Below are positions 20,139 through 29,272 of a stretch of DNA of 34,150 nucleotides, piece after piece. Source of the stretch: a virus (taxonomy: Duplodnaviria > Heunggongvirae > Uroviricota > Caudoviricetes); IMG/VR virus record IMGVR_UViG_2706794688_000010; one strand, given 5' to 3'. A program made the position numbers and the translations under genes. Numbering within the stretch: the first letter of the stretch is position 1; each line of letters starts with the position of its first letter. The notes below the pieces were generated by a model that worked only from the letters and a program-made list of their open reading frames with translations, ran no database searches and was not told where the DNA came from.

Positions 20139-20353
20139 TATTCACCTCTCGCAGCCTTGCGCTTATCTTCTTTAATCTTGAAATAAAGGTTTGTCAGGTA
20201 CGTCAGCAGGCCAAATACCAGACTACCCAGCACACCGATTGCAGCCCACTGTGACGGAGTTACTCTATCGAGCAACTGTAAAAACCAGTAGCCAGCACTG
20301 CCTGCGGAGGTGCCGTAGGCAATGCCTGTTGAAATTTTGTCCATGGATTTCAT
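20138..20353 (-). CDS. S: Pinholin (phage 21 S-type holin, dual-start MKSMDK)
   Basis: 71 aa from the ATG at 20353 (GGAGGTGA RBS): [71 protein letters not shown], two TMDs and dual start as in S21. Confidence 0.85.
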   Translation of the reverse strand: MKSMDKISTGIAYGTSAGSAGYWFLQLLDRVTPSQWAAIGVLGSLVFGLLTYLTNLYFKIKEDKRKAARGE

Positions 20354-20454
20354 AGCCTCACCTCCGCACGGAACGGATGGCATAGTTATTATGTGTAGGC
20401 TTTCAGACACATCAATCAGAGCCTTAATTGATATATATGCTGGAGACGATGCAA

Positions 20455-20479
20455 TATAAAAAGCTCGCCGTAGCGAGCT
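20455..20479 (-). terminator. Rho-independent terminator after the lipoprotein genes
   Basis: Minus strand AGCTCGC-TACG-GCGAGCT followed by TTTTTATATTGC; between the lipoprotein gene stop and S. Confidence 0.6.
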
Positions 20480-20604
20480 AATAAAATGTATTTCTCTGAT
20501 ATTATGTTTATTTGTATTAGCTCAGACTTGACATCACAGGTTTCGTATATAGAACATCATCAAATCTGTCAGTTTGCTATGAATGAGATATAGTAATTGA
20601 AGAG

Positions 20605-21000
20605 CTAACCTCGCATGTCAAAGCCAGATTTCTGAAAATCTCTGTAGACTTCCGGATTGTTGAAGGCCGGAAATTTGGCTTTATGAGCTGCGGACTTTAT
20701 CGCTTCGCAATAGGCTTTATCACCGTTACTGGTAGATATTTTTAACGCCGTGCCATCCTGAGAGAATTCCATATGCAACCTGCATTTTTTCCCTTTCCAG
20801 TTATGCGGCTCATCAAGTTTGGCATTAATTGCAGCTCTGATTCCCCGCGCTTGCGCCCCCCATTCATCCTGATCATCCCAGCGTCCTGAACTGCAACTAC
20901 CTGTAGCAGTAGTTTTGTGGCAATCTGAAGGGTGTAAAGGTGTGCATCCCGCAACAAAACCGACCCAAAAAGTCAACATAACGATTTTCTTTAATCCCAC
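20605..21000 (-). CDS. Lipoprotein with TolA C-terminal domain (domain III)-like region, copy 2
   Basis: GTG start with GAGGAG RBS; signal peptide plus lipobox (…VGFVAGC); C-terminal ...GKKCRLHMEFSQDGTALKIS...GDKAYCEAIKSAAHKAKFPAFNNPEVYRDFQKSGFDMRG parallels the other copy. Confidence 0.6.
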   Translation of the reverse strand: MGLKKIVMLTFWVGFVAGCTPLHPSDCHKTTATGSCSSGRWDDQDEWGAQARGIRAAINAKLDEPHNWKGKKCRLHMEFSQDGTALKISTSNGDKAYCEAIKSAAHKAKFPAFNNPEVYRDFQKSGFDMRG

Positions 21001-21150
21001 TTCTTGCTCCTCAATCCATTAAAATCTCAGCAATAGTAGTTGTTACGTCCGCCACTGGCTCAGAGCTGACTATCCGCTAAATTTAGCTCAGTGCCGTAGC
21101 TGTGTCAGAACAAACCTAAGCCGAAACCGTTTATTACAAAACAATAAATA

Positions 21151-21579
21151 TCAGGGTTTAAAATCCAGCACCCCATTTTGAAATACTTTATATACTTCCG
21201 GCGAAGGGGGGGCAGGTATATCAGCATTCTTTATCGCATTCATCGCTTCACGACATAAATCGAGGTCTCCACTTTCTCTTTTAACCTCCAGTAGAAGGCC
21301 ATTCGGGGCCATATGCATTCTCAGTGTACACTCTTTTCCTGAATACTTACTCGCATCCCCGAACTGTTTTTCGATGGCGCTCTTGATTTGATGGGCATAC
21401 AGACGGATATCCTCACTAACATCAGAAGTACGTTCAGATGAACTCACATACTGTGTCTCTATTGCTTTATCGGAGTAATATGATGTACGGTCATGATAAT
21501 TTGTCGATACAGCATCAGTGCACCCGATAATAATCCCACTAATAATCAACGTAAGAATTGATGCGCTACGAAAACCCAT
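21151..21579 (-). CDS. Lipoprotein with TolA C-terminal domain (domain III)-like region, copy 1
   Basis: Signal peptide plus lipobox (…IISGIIIGC); C-terminal HQIKSAIEKQFGDASKYSGKECTLRMHMAPNGLLLEVKRESGDLDLCREAMNAIKNADIPAPPSPEVYKVFQNGVLDFKP closely resembles my recollection of the E. coli TolA C-terminus (…GKTCTLRIKLAPDGMLL…PPSQAVYEVFKNAPLDFKP). Confidence 0.7.
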   Translation of the reverse strand: MGFRSASILTLIISGIIIGCTDAVSTNYHDRTSYYSDKAIETQYVSSSERTSDVSEDIRLYAHQIKSAIEKQFGDASKYSGKECTLRMHMAPNGLLLEVKRESGDLDLCREAMNAIKNADIPAPPSPEVYKVFQNGVLDFKP

Positions 21580-22164
21580 TTTTCCTCACATATGTCATAT
21601 AGTAAAGGATTATATATACCGTTGTTTTGGACGCTCAAACAGCGAATCAGATCAAATAAAACGCACATTTGTTAACATTTACACAAAGTCTGCGTGGGAT
21701 ATTCTGAAAGAATATCCATAATGTGGAGAGAATCTATTGAAGTGCATGGTGCCGGGTGCCTCCCGGTGAACAAAATGTTCGTGATACCTGTCGGCGACAG
21801 AAAAGGTTAATGGTATCACCCCACCGCACAGGGGGATTCACCATGCAGGAGTTTTCTTAGCAAACTCACTGCGCGCCCGGCAACTCCCAACCACATAAAA
21901 TGCGGAGTTTGTGGCATTTATGCATATAACTCGCAGGAATTATCTTAAAAAACTGATGTCGATCCGGATTAAAAAGAAGCAGGTCATCATCAGATGACTG
22001 GAAAAAAGGAAAACAAAAAATACTCATCATACAGTTTTGATTGCAGGGATGAGCCTGCTATGCACAATATGCAGAATATAAGCAAGATAAAAATATGCAG
22101 GCATATTATTTCGGATCTTGTTATTAACACAACCTTTTTAATAATCATTTGGCATACAATAAAC

Positions 22165-22196
22165 CAGCCCAAAAAGAACCGCCTAAACAGGCGGTT
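22165..22196 (-). terminator. Intrinsic terminator (tR'-like position downstream of the Q-like gene)
   Basis: Perfect 7-bp stem AACCGCC-TGTTTA-GGCGGTT followed on the minus strand by CTTTTTGGG. Confidence 0.6.
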
Positions 22197-22646
22197 GGTC
22201 AATACAAAGGATGCTTCGTCTTTATTATAGTAATCTGAGGCGTCGGGTGTCTTGTATCAGACAACATATTGTCCCGCTAAACAGCGAATTACAAACCACC
22301 CTNNNNNNNNNNNNNNNNNNNNNNNNNNNNNNNNNNNNNNNNNNNNNNNNNNNNNNNNNNNNNNNNNNNNNNNNNNNNNNNNNNNNNNNNNNNNNNNNNN
22401 NNNNNNNNNNNNNNNNNNNNNNNNNNNNNNNNNNNNNNNNNNNNNNNNNNNNNNNNNNNNNNNNNNNNNNNNNNNNNNNNNNNNNNNNNNNNNNNNNNNN
22501 NNNNNNNNNNNNNNNNNNNNNNNNNNNNNNNNNNNNNNNNNNNNNNNNNNNNNNNNNNNNNNNNNNNNNNNNNNNNNNNNNNCAATCCGCCTCGCGATAC
22601 AGCTTTGCGAAGCATAGCAAAATTGAAGCAGTTTATACGTAAGAAA

Positions 22647-22984
22647 TCAAGCCATTTTCTCAGCAAATGATTCACGCATGGGAATATATAGGGCATACTC
22701 AGCAACAGCTAACCAATTAGCAATCCGTTTTTCGCATGTGCTAAAACACCACTCTGGGTGTGCATCATTTAGCAATTCAGCCATTTTGCGCTTAGTCATC
22801 CCCCGCCCTTCATAGCGTTGCCGGAGAATGCAAATCAATCCTGGATGCTCTGCCAGCACCTCACTTATGACTCGATCAATACATAACGCCTCTGCATCAG
22901 TACAATGCGCCAGCCAGCTCTTTTGCTTGCCGTTGATCATCTCTCGCAAAAACGCTTCCAGCTCAGCTTTCTCTATTCCCGCTT
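22647..22984 (-). CDS. Putative late-gene regulator (Q-like antiterminator position), N-terminus in N-run
   Basis: Frame stays open from 22949 into the gap; located between nin-region genes and a tR'-like terminator upstream of the lysis cassette. Assignment is positional only. Confidence 0.35.
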
Positions 22985-23234
22985 NNNNNNNNNNNNNNNN
23001 NNNNNNNNNNNNNNNNNNNNNNNNNNNNNNNNNNNNNNNNNNNNNNNNNNNNNNNNNNNNNNNNNNNNNNNNNNNNNNNNNNNNNNNNNNNNNNNNNNNN
23101 NNNNNNNNNNNNNNNNNNNNNNNNNNNNNNNNNNNNNNNNNNNNNNNNNNNNNNNNNNNNNNNNNNNNNNNNNNNNNNNNNNNNNNNNNNNNNNNNNNNN
23201 NNNNNNNNNNNNNNNNNNNNNNNNNNNNNNNNNN

Positions 23235-23479
23235 CCTTCAGCATGCATCAGGCGCAATTCTTCTTTGGTGTAATCGCTGGTTTTTACCCGCCCGTCGATT
23301 AGATCGTGGCATGAGCTACAGGCTATCGCCGCCTGCATATCATGTGGTTTTGTCGCTGTTCCGCACGTCCCCGCCAGCCTGTAATGCGCCAGCACAGAGG
23401 TTTCGGGATTGTGATTGCAGTAGCCAGGGATTCTGATCTGGCACATCTGGCCTTTAGCCGCTTTACGTAAATTCACCAT
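23235..23479 (-). CDS. DUF1364 / YbcO-like putative nuclease (C-terminus in N-run)
   Basis: MVNLRKAAKGQMCQIRIPGYCNHNPETSVLAHYRLAGTCGTATKPHDMQAAIACSSCHD... matches my recollection of the DLP12 YbcO family (Cys-rich, nin region). Confidence 0.6.
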
Positions 23480-24078
23480 TACGCAAACTCCAGTAGTTGT
23501 GCGGCCACATTTTCAACTTCCTCCTGAGAGGAGAATTTACGGAACAGAATCCAGTTCCACAGCACATTCAGTACAGATTTATAAACCTGCTGAAACTCGA
23601 CTTCGTCCATATTCGCAAAAGCGATGGATTTTGCCCGACGCCCACGGCTACCGTCCGGATAAATATGCTCGGTGTAAAATCCGGCCTGAATGGTTACCCA
23701 CTCGCGGAAAGCCTCAAACGACTTTAGCAACGCCGTATCCCGGGTTCTACGAGTCGCAACGGTGTTAAGGTATTGCTCTGCGGCATCACTCAGGGCTGGC
23801 GTGTGTTCCCGACCAACTGATTCGCACAGGTAATCAACGAAACCAGACAGCAGTTCTCGTTCGCGAGGCGTGATCGCCCCACCGACCGGAGTCCAGTAAT
23901 CGAATCCCAGTTGCAGGAGTTTGAAAAAACGCTTGTGGAATGCGTAGTTACGCACACGCTTAAAGTCTGCGTGTATCCACTCACCTATTTTGATTTGATG
24001 CAGAAAATCGCAACTCTCCGGCGTCGCCGGGAGAAGTAAACCAGAAGAGGTTTGTTTGACCAGTTGTATATGCGCCAT
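23479..24078 (-). CDS. nin-region hypothetical protein (199 aa)
   Basis: ORF immediately upstream of and coupled to the YbcO-like gene; family not assigned. Confidence 0.5.
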   Translation of the reverse strand: MAHIQLVKQTSSGLLLPATPESCDFLHQIKIGEWIHADFKRVRNYAFHKRFFKLLQLGFDYWTPVGGAITPRERELLSGFVDYLCESVGREHTPALSDAAEQYLNTVATRRTRDTALLKSFEAFREWVTIQAGFYTEHIYPDGSRGRRAKSIAFANMDEVEFQQVYKSVLNVLWNWILFRKFSSQEEVENVAAQLLEFA

Positions 24079-24881
24079 TTCTCAATCTCTCGATGGCGCA
24101 GCGCAGCAGATGCCAGTTGTTCAGGCTGACGAATAAAGTATAAATAAACTGGCTATGGTGTAAAGCCCCACATAGCATGAACAAACACTACATATCAAAT
24201 AGCTGGTACAAGGATAGAAATACGACACTTATTATTAAAANNNNNNNNNNNNNNNNNNNNNNNNNNNNNNNNNNNNNNNNNNNNNNNNNNNNNNNNNNNN
24301 NNNNNNNNNNNNNNNNNNNNNNNNNNNNNNNNNNNNNNNNNNNNNNNNNNNNNNNNNNNNNNNNNNNNNNNNNNNNNNNNNNNNNNNNNNNNNNNNNNNN
24401 NNNNNNNNNNNNNNNNNNNNNNNNNNNNNNNNNNNNNNNNNNNNNNNNNNNNNNNNNNNNNNNNNNNNNNNNNNNNNNNNNNNNNNNNNNNNNNNNNNNN
24501 NNNNNNNNNNACTCAAGTCATTAACATTTGATAAGATATATCTAAAAGGACGCCTTTACATTATTTATGCGTATATAATTTATTTATATACACAGTAAAG
24601 GTATCCTGGGAAAATATTTATCGTTAAAAAATACATCATAAATAATTAAGCTGAAATTTCAGAACACAACTAATACACACAATAAGGTTCAGTAACAGTA
24701 ATCTATGTGGACTACATCGAGATTTTTTGATTAAACTTTAATAACTTATTCCTAACACACAGAATGCATAAACTAAAAGTAAAACAAATAGTTATACGAA
24801 AAACAACCATATTTATTCTATCTTCTCCTCTAATCAACATATCAATTATGTGTTTCATAACAGCTTGACATAACCCTCCAA

Positions 24882-24904
24882 AAGATGCATTTTTAATGCA
24901 TGTT
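24882..24904 (+). promoter_or_regulatory. NsrR-type operator (11-1-11 inverted repeat) overlapping the promoter of the YeaR-like gene
   Basis: AAGATGCATTT-T-TAATGCATGTT; left half matches the NsrR half-site I recall (AAGATGCATTT), right half has 2 mismatches; a TTGACA hexamer sits at 24865-24870 and a GGAGGAGG RBS precedes the ATG at 24920. Confidence 0.5.
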
Positions 24905-24919
24905 TTGGAGGAGGTGGTT

Positions 24920-25258
24920 ATGACACACAAGAGAATTCCTAAAGATTGGGTAATCAAACGCTCAACTCCGTTCTTCACAAAAGAGAACGTACCTTCAGCG
25001 TTATTAACACATCATAATACAGCAGCAGGTGTTTTTGGGCAGTTGTGCGTAATGGAAGGCACTGTAACATATTATGGTTTTACTGATGAGAATGCTACTG
25101 AACCGGAGATAAAAGTAGTCATTAATGCTGGCGCTTTTGCAACAAGCCCACCACAATACTGGCACCGTGTTGAACTAAGCGATGATGCTCAGTTTAATAT
25201 TAACTTTTGGGTCGCTCCAGACTTTTCGGGCGAAAAAGTCTATAGCACCAAAAAATAG
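24920..25258 (+). CDS. YeaR-like protein (DUF1971, TehB N-terminal-like)
   Basis: 112 aa from the ATG with a strong RBS; ...RSTPFFTKENVPSALLTHHNTAAGVFGQLCVMEGTVTYYGFTDEN...YWHRVE...FNINFWVAPD resembles E. coli YeaR as I recall it; chromosomal yeaR is NsrR-regulated, consistent with the operator. Confidence 0.5.
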   Translation: MTHKRIPKDWVIKRSTPFFTKENVPSALLTHHNTAAGVFGQLCVMEGTVTYYGFTDENATEPEIKVVINAGAFATSPPQYWHRVELSDDAQFNINFWVAPDFSGEKVYSTKK

Positions 25259-25286
25259 ATGATCATATTAAAAATGCTTTAACAGT

Positions 25287-25326
25287 CAGACCCGGCAGGG
25301 CTATCCCCGACGGGTCTCATTTTTGT
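25287..25326 (+). terminator. Intrinsic terminator after the YeaR-like gene
   Basis: AGACCCG...CGGGTCT stem followed by CATTTTTGT. Confidence 0.5.
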
Positions 25327-25878
25327 AAATATATTGGTTCTACATTGACAGGAGACTTCAACCATAAGAAGTAATCTGAATACTTGAGCAATAAATTTAC
25401 TTAAGATTAATGAGCGCACCTTGCCGGACAAAGATAAACCAAGGTAACACCTTTTTTCTAGCCAGTATGTAATCAATCAGAAAGCCGCTCCATAAGAACA
25501 ACAGCAAGACAATAAATTGCCATTACAGCCGCAATAGCCAGCGCACATTTGAGAACCAGCACGACAACCCCCTGTATTAGACGCACACCAGTCCTGATAA
25601 ATATGAGGCTGTCTCGTCAGTGATTCAATACAACTATTGGGTATAGTTTCTGTGATTTTATTCTGTAGAAATGGAACACAACAACCAGTCACCACCAGCA
25701 CTTCCTTAAATGCTCTAAGTCAGAAACAAGCCAACATTTTAGTCCGCTTTGAGCGATCTGCAGACATTGCTAGCAGCCTTCTGTGTGAATTCTCAGGGAG
25801 CAGGTCGGCATAGCATCACGTTGAGGCTCTTACCCTACTTGTTCACACCAACCCTAACTCCACAGACTGATTCATAAA

Positions 25879-26880
25879 TTAGTAATCTGCGTGTTTCGCA
25901 CTTTTCAGAAATGCTTTCATATTTTCATTAGGTCGCTCAATTTCGAAGTTACTTCCATATAACTCTTGTAATTTTGGCCATAACTTACTTAATAACCCTC
26001 TCCTGCGATAAAATGGATGTATCCAAACGGTAGATAGGTACGGAGAATTTGCATTTGAATTGTTTATTGTGACCAGCCCAACTAAACATTGTCGATAACC
26101 ACTATTATCCATTGATTGTATTTCTTCGACGAATGGATACGCGATTACATCAGTCCAACCATGATCGGTTGTATCCCATTGCATTCCGTCATGACATTCC
26201 TTCGACTGATAGCGGCGTAAAGCTACACACGCGAGCTTTTGCCAATCTGGAGAATTAATTGTGATCTCTTCATCGTATGACGCGCCTATTGGAGCGGGTA
26301 TTGGTCTGATTAATCCAGCATGGCATTCATCATAGAACTTCATGTTTCCCTCAGAAACGTTGTGTACGTTGGGTTGCTCCATGTGTGCGCCATTCAAAAA
26401 TAGCTCTGATAGTAGTGTATCTACACTGTAATCTTTATTGATTATTGTCGGCTTAGAGTTTTTCTTATTAAGGCCGCGAGTAACGATTTTTTGATCAATG
26501 TTAACAACATGGAATAATCCGTCGGGGAGGCTAGCGAACCACGATGGGGCATCGGACCAGAATAGCATGCCTTTTGTACTTCTTAAGAGTTTAATTAAGT
26601 TAATACAAGCTTCTTCACTAGTCTTGCCGTTGATGCGAAGTATGTTAGGACTAAAGTAATATTCATCCATATCAGGGAATGCAGCTTCGCAAAACTCCTG
26701 TACATAATTTAGCACCTGGATTCTACAGAGATCATCATAGCTGGTAATAACTAAGGGGGTATCTTCATTACTATTATGATTATCAATAATGCAATCTATA
26801 GCGAGACTTACTGCTTTGCGTATCACTTCAGTTGAATCTAACGACTCTAAAAATTTTGTCTTTCGTGTGCGAATATCCAT
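25879..26880 (-). CDS. Hypothetical protein, 333 aa, possible C-terminal GNAT-like acetyltransferase motif
   Basis: Second gene of an AT-rich two-gene cassette, 16 nt after the upstream gene; C-terminal ...CLVGLVTINN...YLSTVWIHPFYRRRGLLSKLW... resembles GNAT motif A (h-x-V-h-P-x-Y-R-x-x-G); motif-level only. Confidence 0.55.
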   Translation of the reverse strand: MDIRTRKTKFLESLDSTEVIRKAVSLAIDCIIDNHNSNEDTPLVITSYDDLCRIQVLNYVQEFCEAAFPDMDEYYFSPNILRINGKTSEEACINLIKLLRSTKGMLFWSDAPSWFASLPDGLFHVVNIDQKIVTRGLNKKNSKPTIINKDYSVDTLLSELFLNGAHMEQPNVHNVSEGNMKFYDECHAGLIRPIPAPIGASYDEEITINSPDWQKLACVALRRYQSKECHDGMQWDTTDHGWTDVIAYPFVEEIQSMDNSGYRQCLVGLVTINNSNANSPYLSTVWIHPFYRRRGLLSKLWPKLQELYGSNFEIERPNENMKAFLKSAKHADY

Positions 26881-26895
26881 GTATGACCTGCGCTA

Positions 26896-27918
26896 TTAAA
26901 ATTCATGAATGAACGGTTTGTCATCTGGTTGCAAAATGGTGGTTTTATTCGTTGCTACATTTAAACTGTTGTAGAGCATAATTGCCAGGTTCGATGCATT
27001 TTCAATCAGCGTTTCAAGATCCTGGTCTGTAATCACTACGAGGTTCCCTTCTTTATCCTTTCCACCACGATGCACTAAGTGATTTCGATTGAGGGTTGCC
27101 AATTCAATAGCTTCTATCGGACAGTCTTTTTGTACTTTTATATCGAATGTAGCTTCATAGCGGTCGATTACCTTTTTAGTGCTATGCCAGCTTGCACTGA
27201 TCAAGTGTTCCTTGATTGACCTGATTAGCTCTCCCCTAATTTTCTCGATGGGTTCACCCTTGAAAGGCAACGCAGCAATATCTTTGCTTACTTTAAATTC
27301 AGTCTTACCTTTTTCTATACAATTGGCTATGTAGACATCATCTTTCTCTATAGAATTAATGAATAGCTCAACATAAAGCGTTTCCAAAGCTGTAATAACA
27401 TTCGTGTAGAGCAAACTAAGCAAGTGGTTTTTTTGCTGTTGTTCAGTTTTATCTTTTGCAAGTTTTTTTATTTTATCGATATTATCAATGAATTTTAAAT
27501 ACGGATTACCGGAAGACGTTACAGCGTCGTAGATATCATCATCGTACCAATCATCTATATTATTTGAGTTTCCAGACCAGTCAAAACATTGTGTTTGTAA
27601 TTCATCTACTAATTCCTCAATATACTCAGATTTAACATATTGACCGAAGATGGATTGTAGTTCTTCGCTCGCATCATACGGCCCGCCATATATGTAAGCA
27701 TAGCCACCTTCTCTACTTTCATACGGACAAGCATTTGCCGGATCTTCAAAGTTTTCAAAGAACCAGTTTTTCATTACTTCGAGTTGATCTTTTTTGCTTA
27801 TGTATTTTAAAGATTTTAGTGGAACTTTCTTTCCATTAACCTCGAAAACAATTTTCACGATGTAACGCTCCCTTGTATCAATTGCGCAACTATTATACCA
27901 CAGCGAAATACAGGGCAT
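26896..27918 (-). CDS. Hypothetical protein, ~341 aa, possible HEPN-like Rx4H motif
   Basis: ATG at 27918 preceded by AAGGAGG (6-nt spacer); an alternative GTG at 27855 follows an internal TGGTATAAT and AAGGGAG; C-terminal ...ATLNRNHLVHRGG... contains R-N-x3-H; acidic central region; low GC. Confidence 0.55.
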   Translation of the reverse strand: MPCISLWYNSCAIDTRERYIVKIVFEVNGKKVPLKSLKYISKKDQLEVMKNWFFENFEDPANACPYESREGGYAYIYGGPYDASEELQSIFGQYVKSEYIEELVDELQTQCFDWSGNSNNIDDWYDDDIYDAVTSSGNPYLKFIDNIDKIKKLAKDKTEQQQKNHLLSLLYTNVITALETLYVELFINSIEKDDVYIANCIEKGKTEFKVSKDIAALPFKGEPIEKIRGELIRSIKEHLISASWHSTKKVIDRYEATFDIKVQKDCPIEAIELATLNRNHLVHRGGKDKEGNLVVITDQDLETLIENASNLAIMLYNSLNVATNKTTILQPDDKPFIHEF

Positions 27919-28056
27919 AACCTGCCTCCTTAAACTAACATACCATGAGCCAGCAATGTCCGCTATTGGCACAAAGCGGACAACCACGCTAGCTCTCCCC
28001 TGTGCCAGAAAAATGTCAATTTACATATGAACTAATGCTCTTTGATCTAGTAACGT

Positions 28057-28473
28057 CTATAAATACCGAAGATTTCCTTGATAAAATGCCAGTACACGTT
28101 TCATAACTTCACTCTTCCGGCACTCGCGACAGATTATGTTCTGACGCCTGTCATAGCGGCGTATTTCTCCGTCTGGTAATGACCAGATAAGGTCAGGATC
28201 AACCACAACCGTTTTTTTCACCTTTGCCCTGGATAGTTTTTTGCGGGCGTTTTTCCAATCCTTACGAGCCTGTTCAGACGGGAATAACCCATAGCCAGAG
28301 TTGTATACATCGCCACTGGCAACCAACTCTCTGGCAAGAATGCTCATCAGATATCTTGTCGCACCTGTCTTGGCCTCCAGTTGCCTTAACGTCTCGCGCC
28401 CACTCTGGCGTACCAACTCAACAACCTGCTCCTTAATTTTTTCACGCTCTTCCTGTGTAAAAACTTTTGCCAT
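28057..28473 (-). CDS. Winged-helix-like small protein, paralog of the gene at 30795-31217
   Basis: Start MAKVFTQEEREKIKEQVVELVRQ... with GGAGG RBS; about 85% nucleotide identity to 30800-31040 over the C-terminal two thirds (…GDVYNSGYGLFPSEQARKDW…DPDLIWSLPDGEIRRYDRR.NIICRECRKSE…). Confidence 0.6.
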   Translation of the reverse strand: MAKVFTQEEREKIKEQVVELVRQSGRETLRQLEAKTGATRYLMSILARELVASGDVYNSGYGLFPSEQARKDWKNARKKLSRAKVKKTVVVDPDLIWSLPDGEIRRYDRRQNIICRECRKSEVMKRVLAFYQGNLRYL

Positions 28474-28488
28474 AAGCGCCTCCGGCAA

Positions 28489-29250
28489 TCACTTTTCCGA
28501 CACAATACGACTGGAGGAATCGACAATCTGTCGGACAATATCCCGGTGCTTGTTCAGCTCCCGCAGCGCGGCGCAGACTCGCTCCCACTTCTGGACATGA
28601 TTTTTCGCCCGACGCAGTTCGCGGTTTGCCATATGCAGCGATGGTAAAACTAGGTCATCCGCTTGCGTTTCAGTAAACGATGGCAGCGACTGCACAATGT
28701 CCGCCACAGTTTCTGTTTTAATATCTTCCTGTGTTGCCGCTTCCTGTACTGGTAACGCAACACCGGCTGGCTGAGGAAAGGCTTTACCATCAGTTTCCGC
28801 TACCGATGCAGCTTTCGGCTCTGCTGGTAAATTATCGCCCGGCATGCAGTAACGAAATTTACTGTTCTGGTTTACGCGAATCAGGCGTCCTTTGCTGATT
28901 GCCATTGCCAGCGTTGAAGCAACTTTGCGGGATGTTGTACCGAACAGCGTAGCCAGTTCATCCGCCGTTTGTGGTCCGCGTTGTTCAATCGTCGCGGTTA
29001 AATCGCACTCTGAGATTTTCACTACAGTTGCCGTGGTGGTTTCTTCCGGCAGTTCTGCCTGCATTGGCTGTTCCTGCTGAACGTTGTTATCAGCCACACG
29101 CCAGGTGTACGCGCTTTTATCAACGAAACCAGCTTTTTTCAGTTCCCATAGTTCGTTCAGCACTTCTTCACGACTGATATCAAGTCGCGCAGCAAGTTCT
29201 ATGGATGTGGCTTTTCCCATTGCTTTCAGTGCGTCAAAAACAGTCTCCAT
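28489..29250 (-). CDS. Hypothetical DNA-binding protein with two winged-helix-like segments
   Basis: Start [43 protein letters not shown]... (GGAGG RBS); a second similar segment ...[29 protein letters not shown]...; acidic linker and basic C-terminus. Confidence 0.5.
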   Translation of the reverse strand: METVFDALKAMGKATSIELAARLDISREEVLNELWELKKAGFVDKSAYTWRVADNNVQQEQPMQAELPEETTTATVVKISECDLTATIEQRGPQTADELATLFGTTSRKVASTLAMAISKGRLIRVNQNSKFRYCMPGDNLPAEPKAASVAETDGKAFPQPAGVALPVQEAATQEDIKTETVADIVQSLPSFTETQADDLVLPSLHMANRELRRAKNHVQKWERVCAALRELNKHRDIVRQIVDSSSRIVSEK

Positions 29251-29272
29251 AAAAATTTCCTCCCGGTAAAAA

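Noticed and set aside
21600-22200. Possible tRNA gene in the Q-to-lysis leader
   Set aside because: By eye I found no T-loop consensus (GTTCGAATC/GTTCAAATC or complement) and no cloverleaf-compatible arrangement around the inverted repeats; needs tRNAscan-SE to be sure.
21990-22230. 70-aa and 78-aa ORFs on opposite strands in the AT-rich leader
   Set aside because: Mutually antisense, AT-rich codon usage (Ile/Lys/Phe/Asn runs), no RBS; they overlap the terminator hairpin.
22211-23479. ORFs of 93-202 aa consisting largely of X across N-runs 22303-22582 and 22985-23234
   Set aside because: Products of translating N; only the flanking real segments (Q-like 22647-22984, YbcO-like 23235-23479) are interpretable.
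24712-24978. 88-aa minus-strand ORF overlapping the YeaR-like gene start and promoter
   Set aside because: Antisense to a gene with a strong RBS and recognisable homolog; AT-rich translation; overlaps the NsrR-type operator.
25477-25701. 74-aa Cys-rich minus-strand ORF (also 25279-25476) between the YeaR-like gene and the two-gene cassette
   Set aside because: No convincing RBS and an unusual Cys/Gly composition; could be a small peptide gene but more likely non-coding. Ribosome profiling would settle it.
27988-28030. Consensus -35 hexamer TTGACA upstream of the two-gene cassette as its promoter
   Set aside because: No acceptable -10 hexamer at 16-18 bp spacing (AGAGCT), so I did not annotate a promoter; an internal TGGTATAAT at ~27895-27903 is an alternative.
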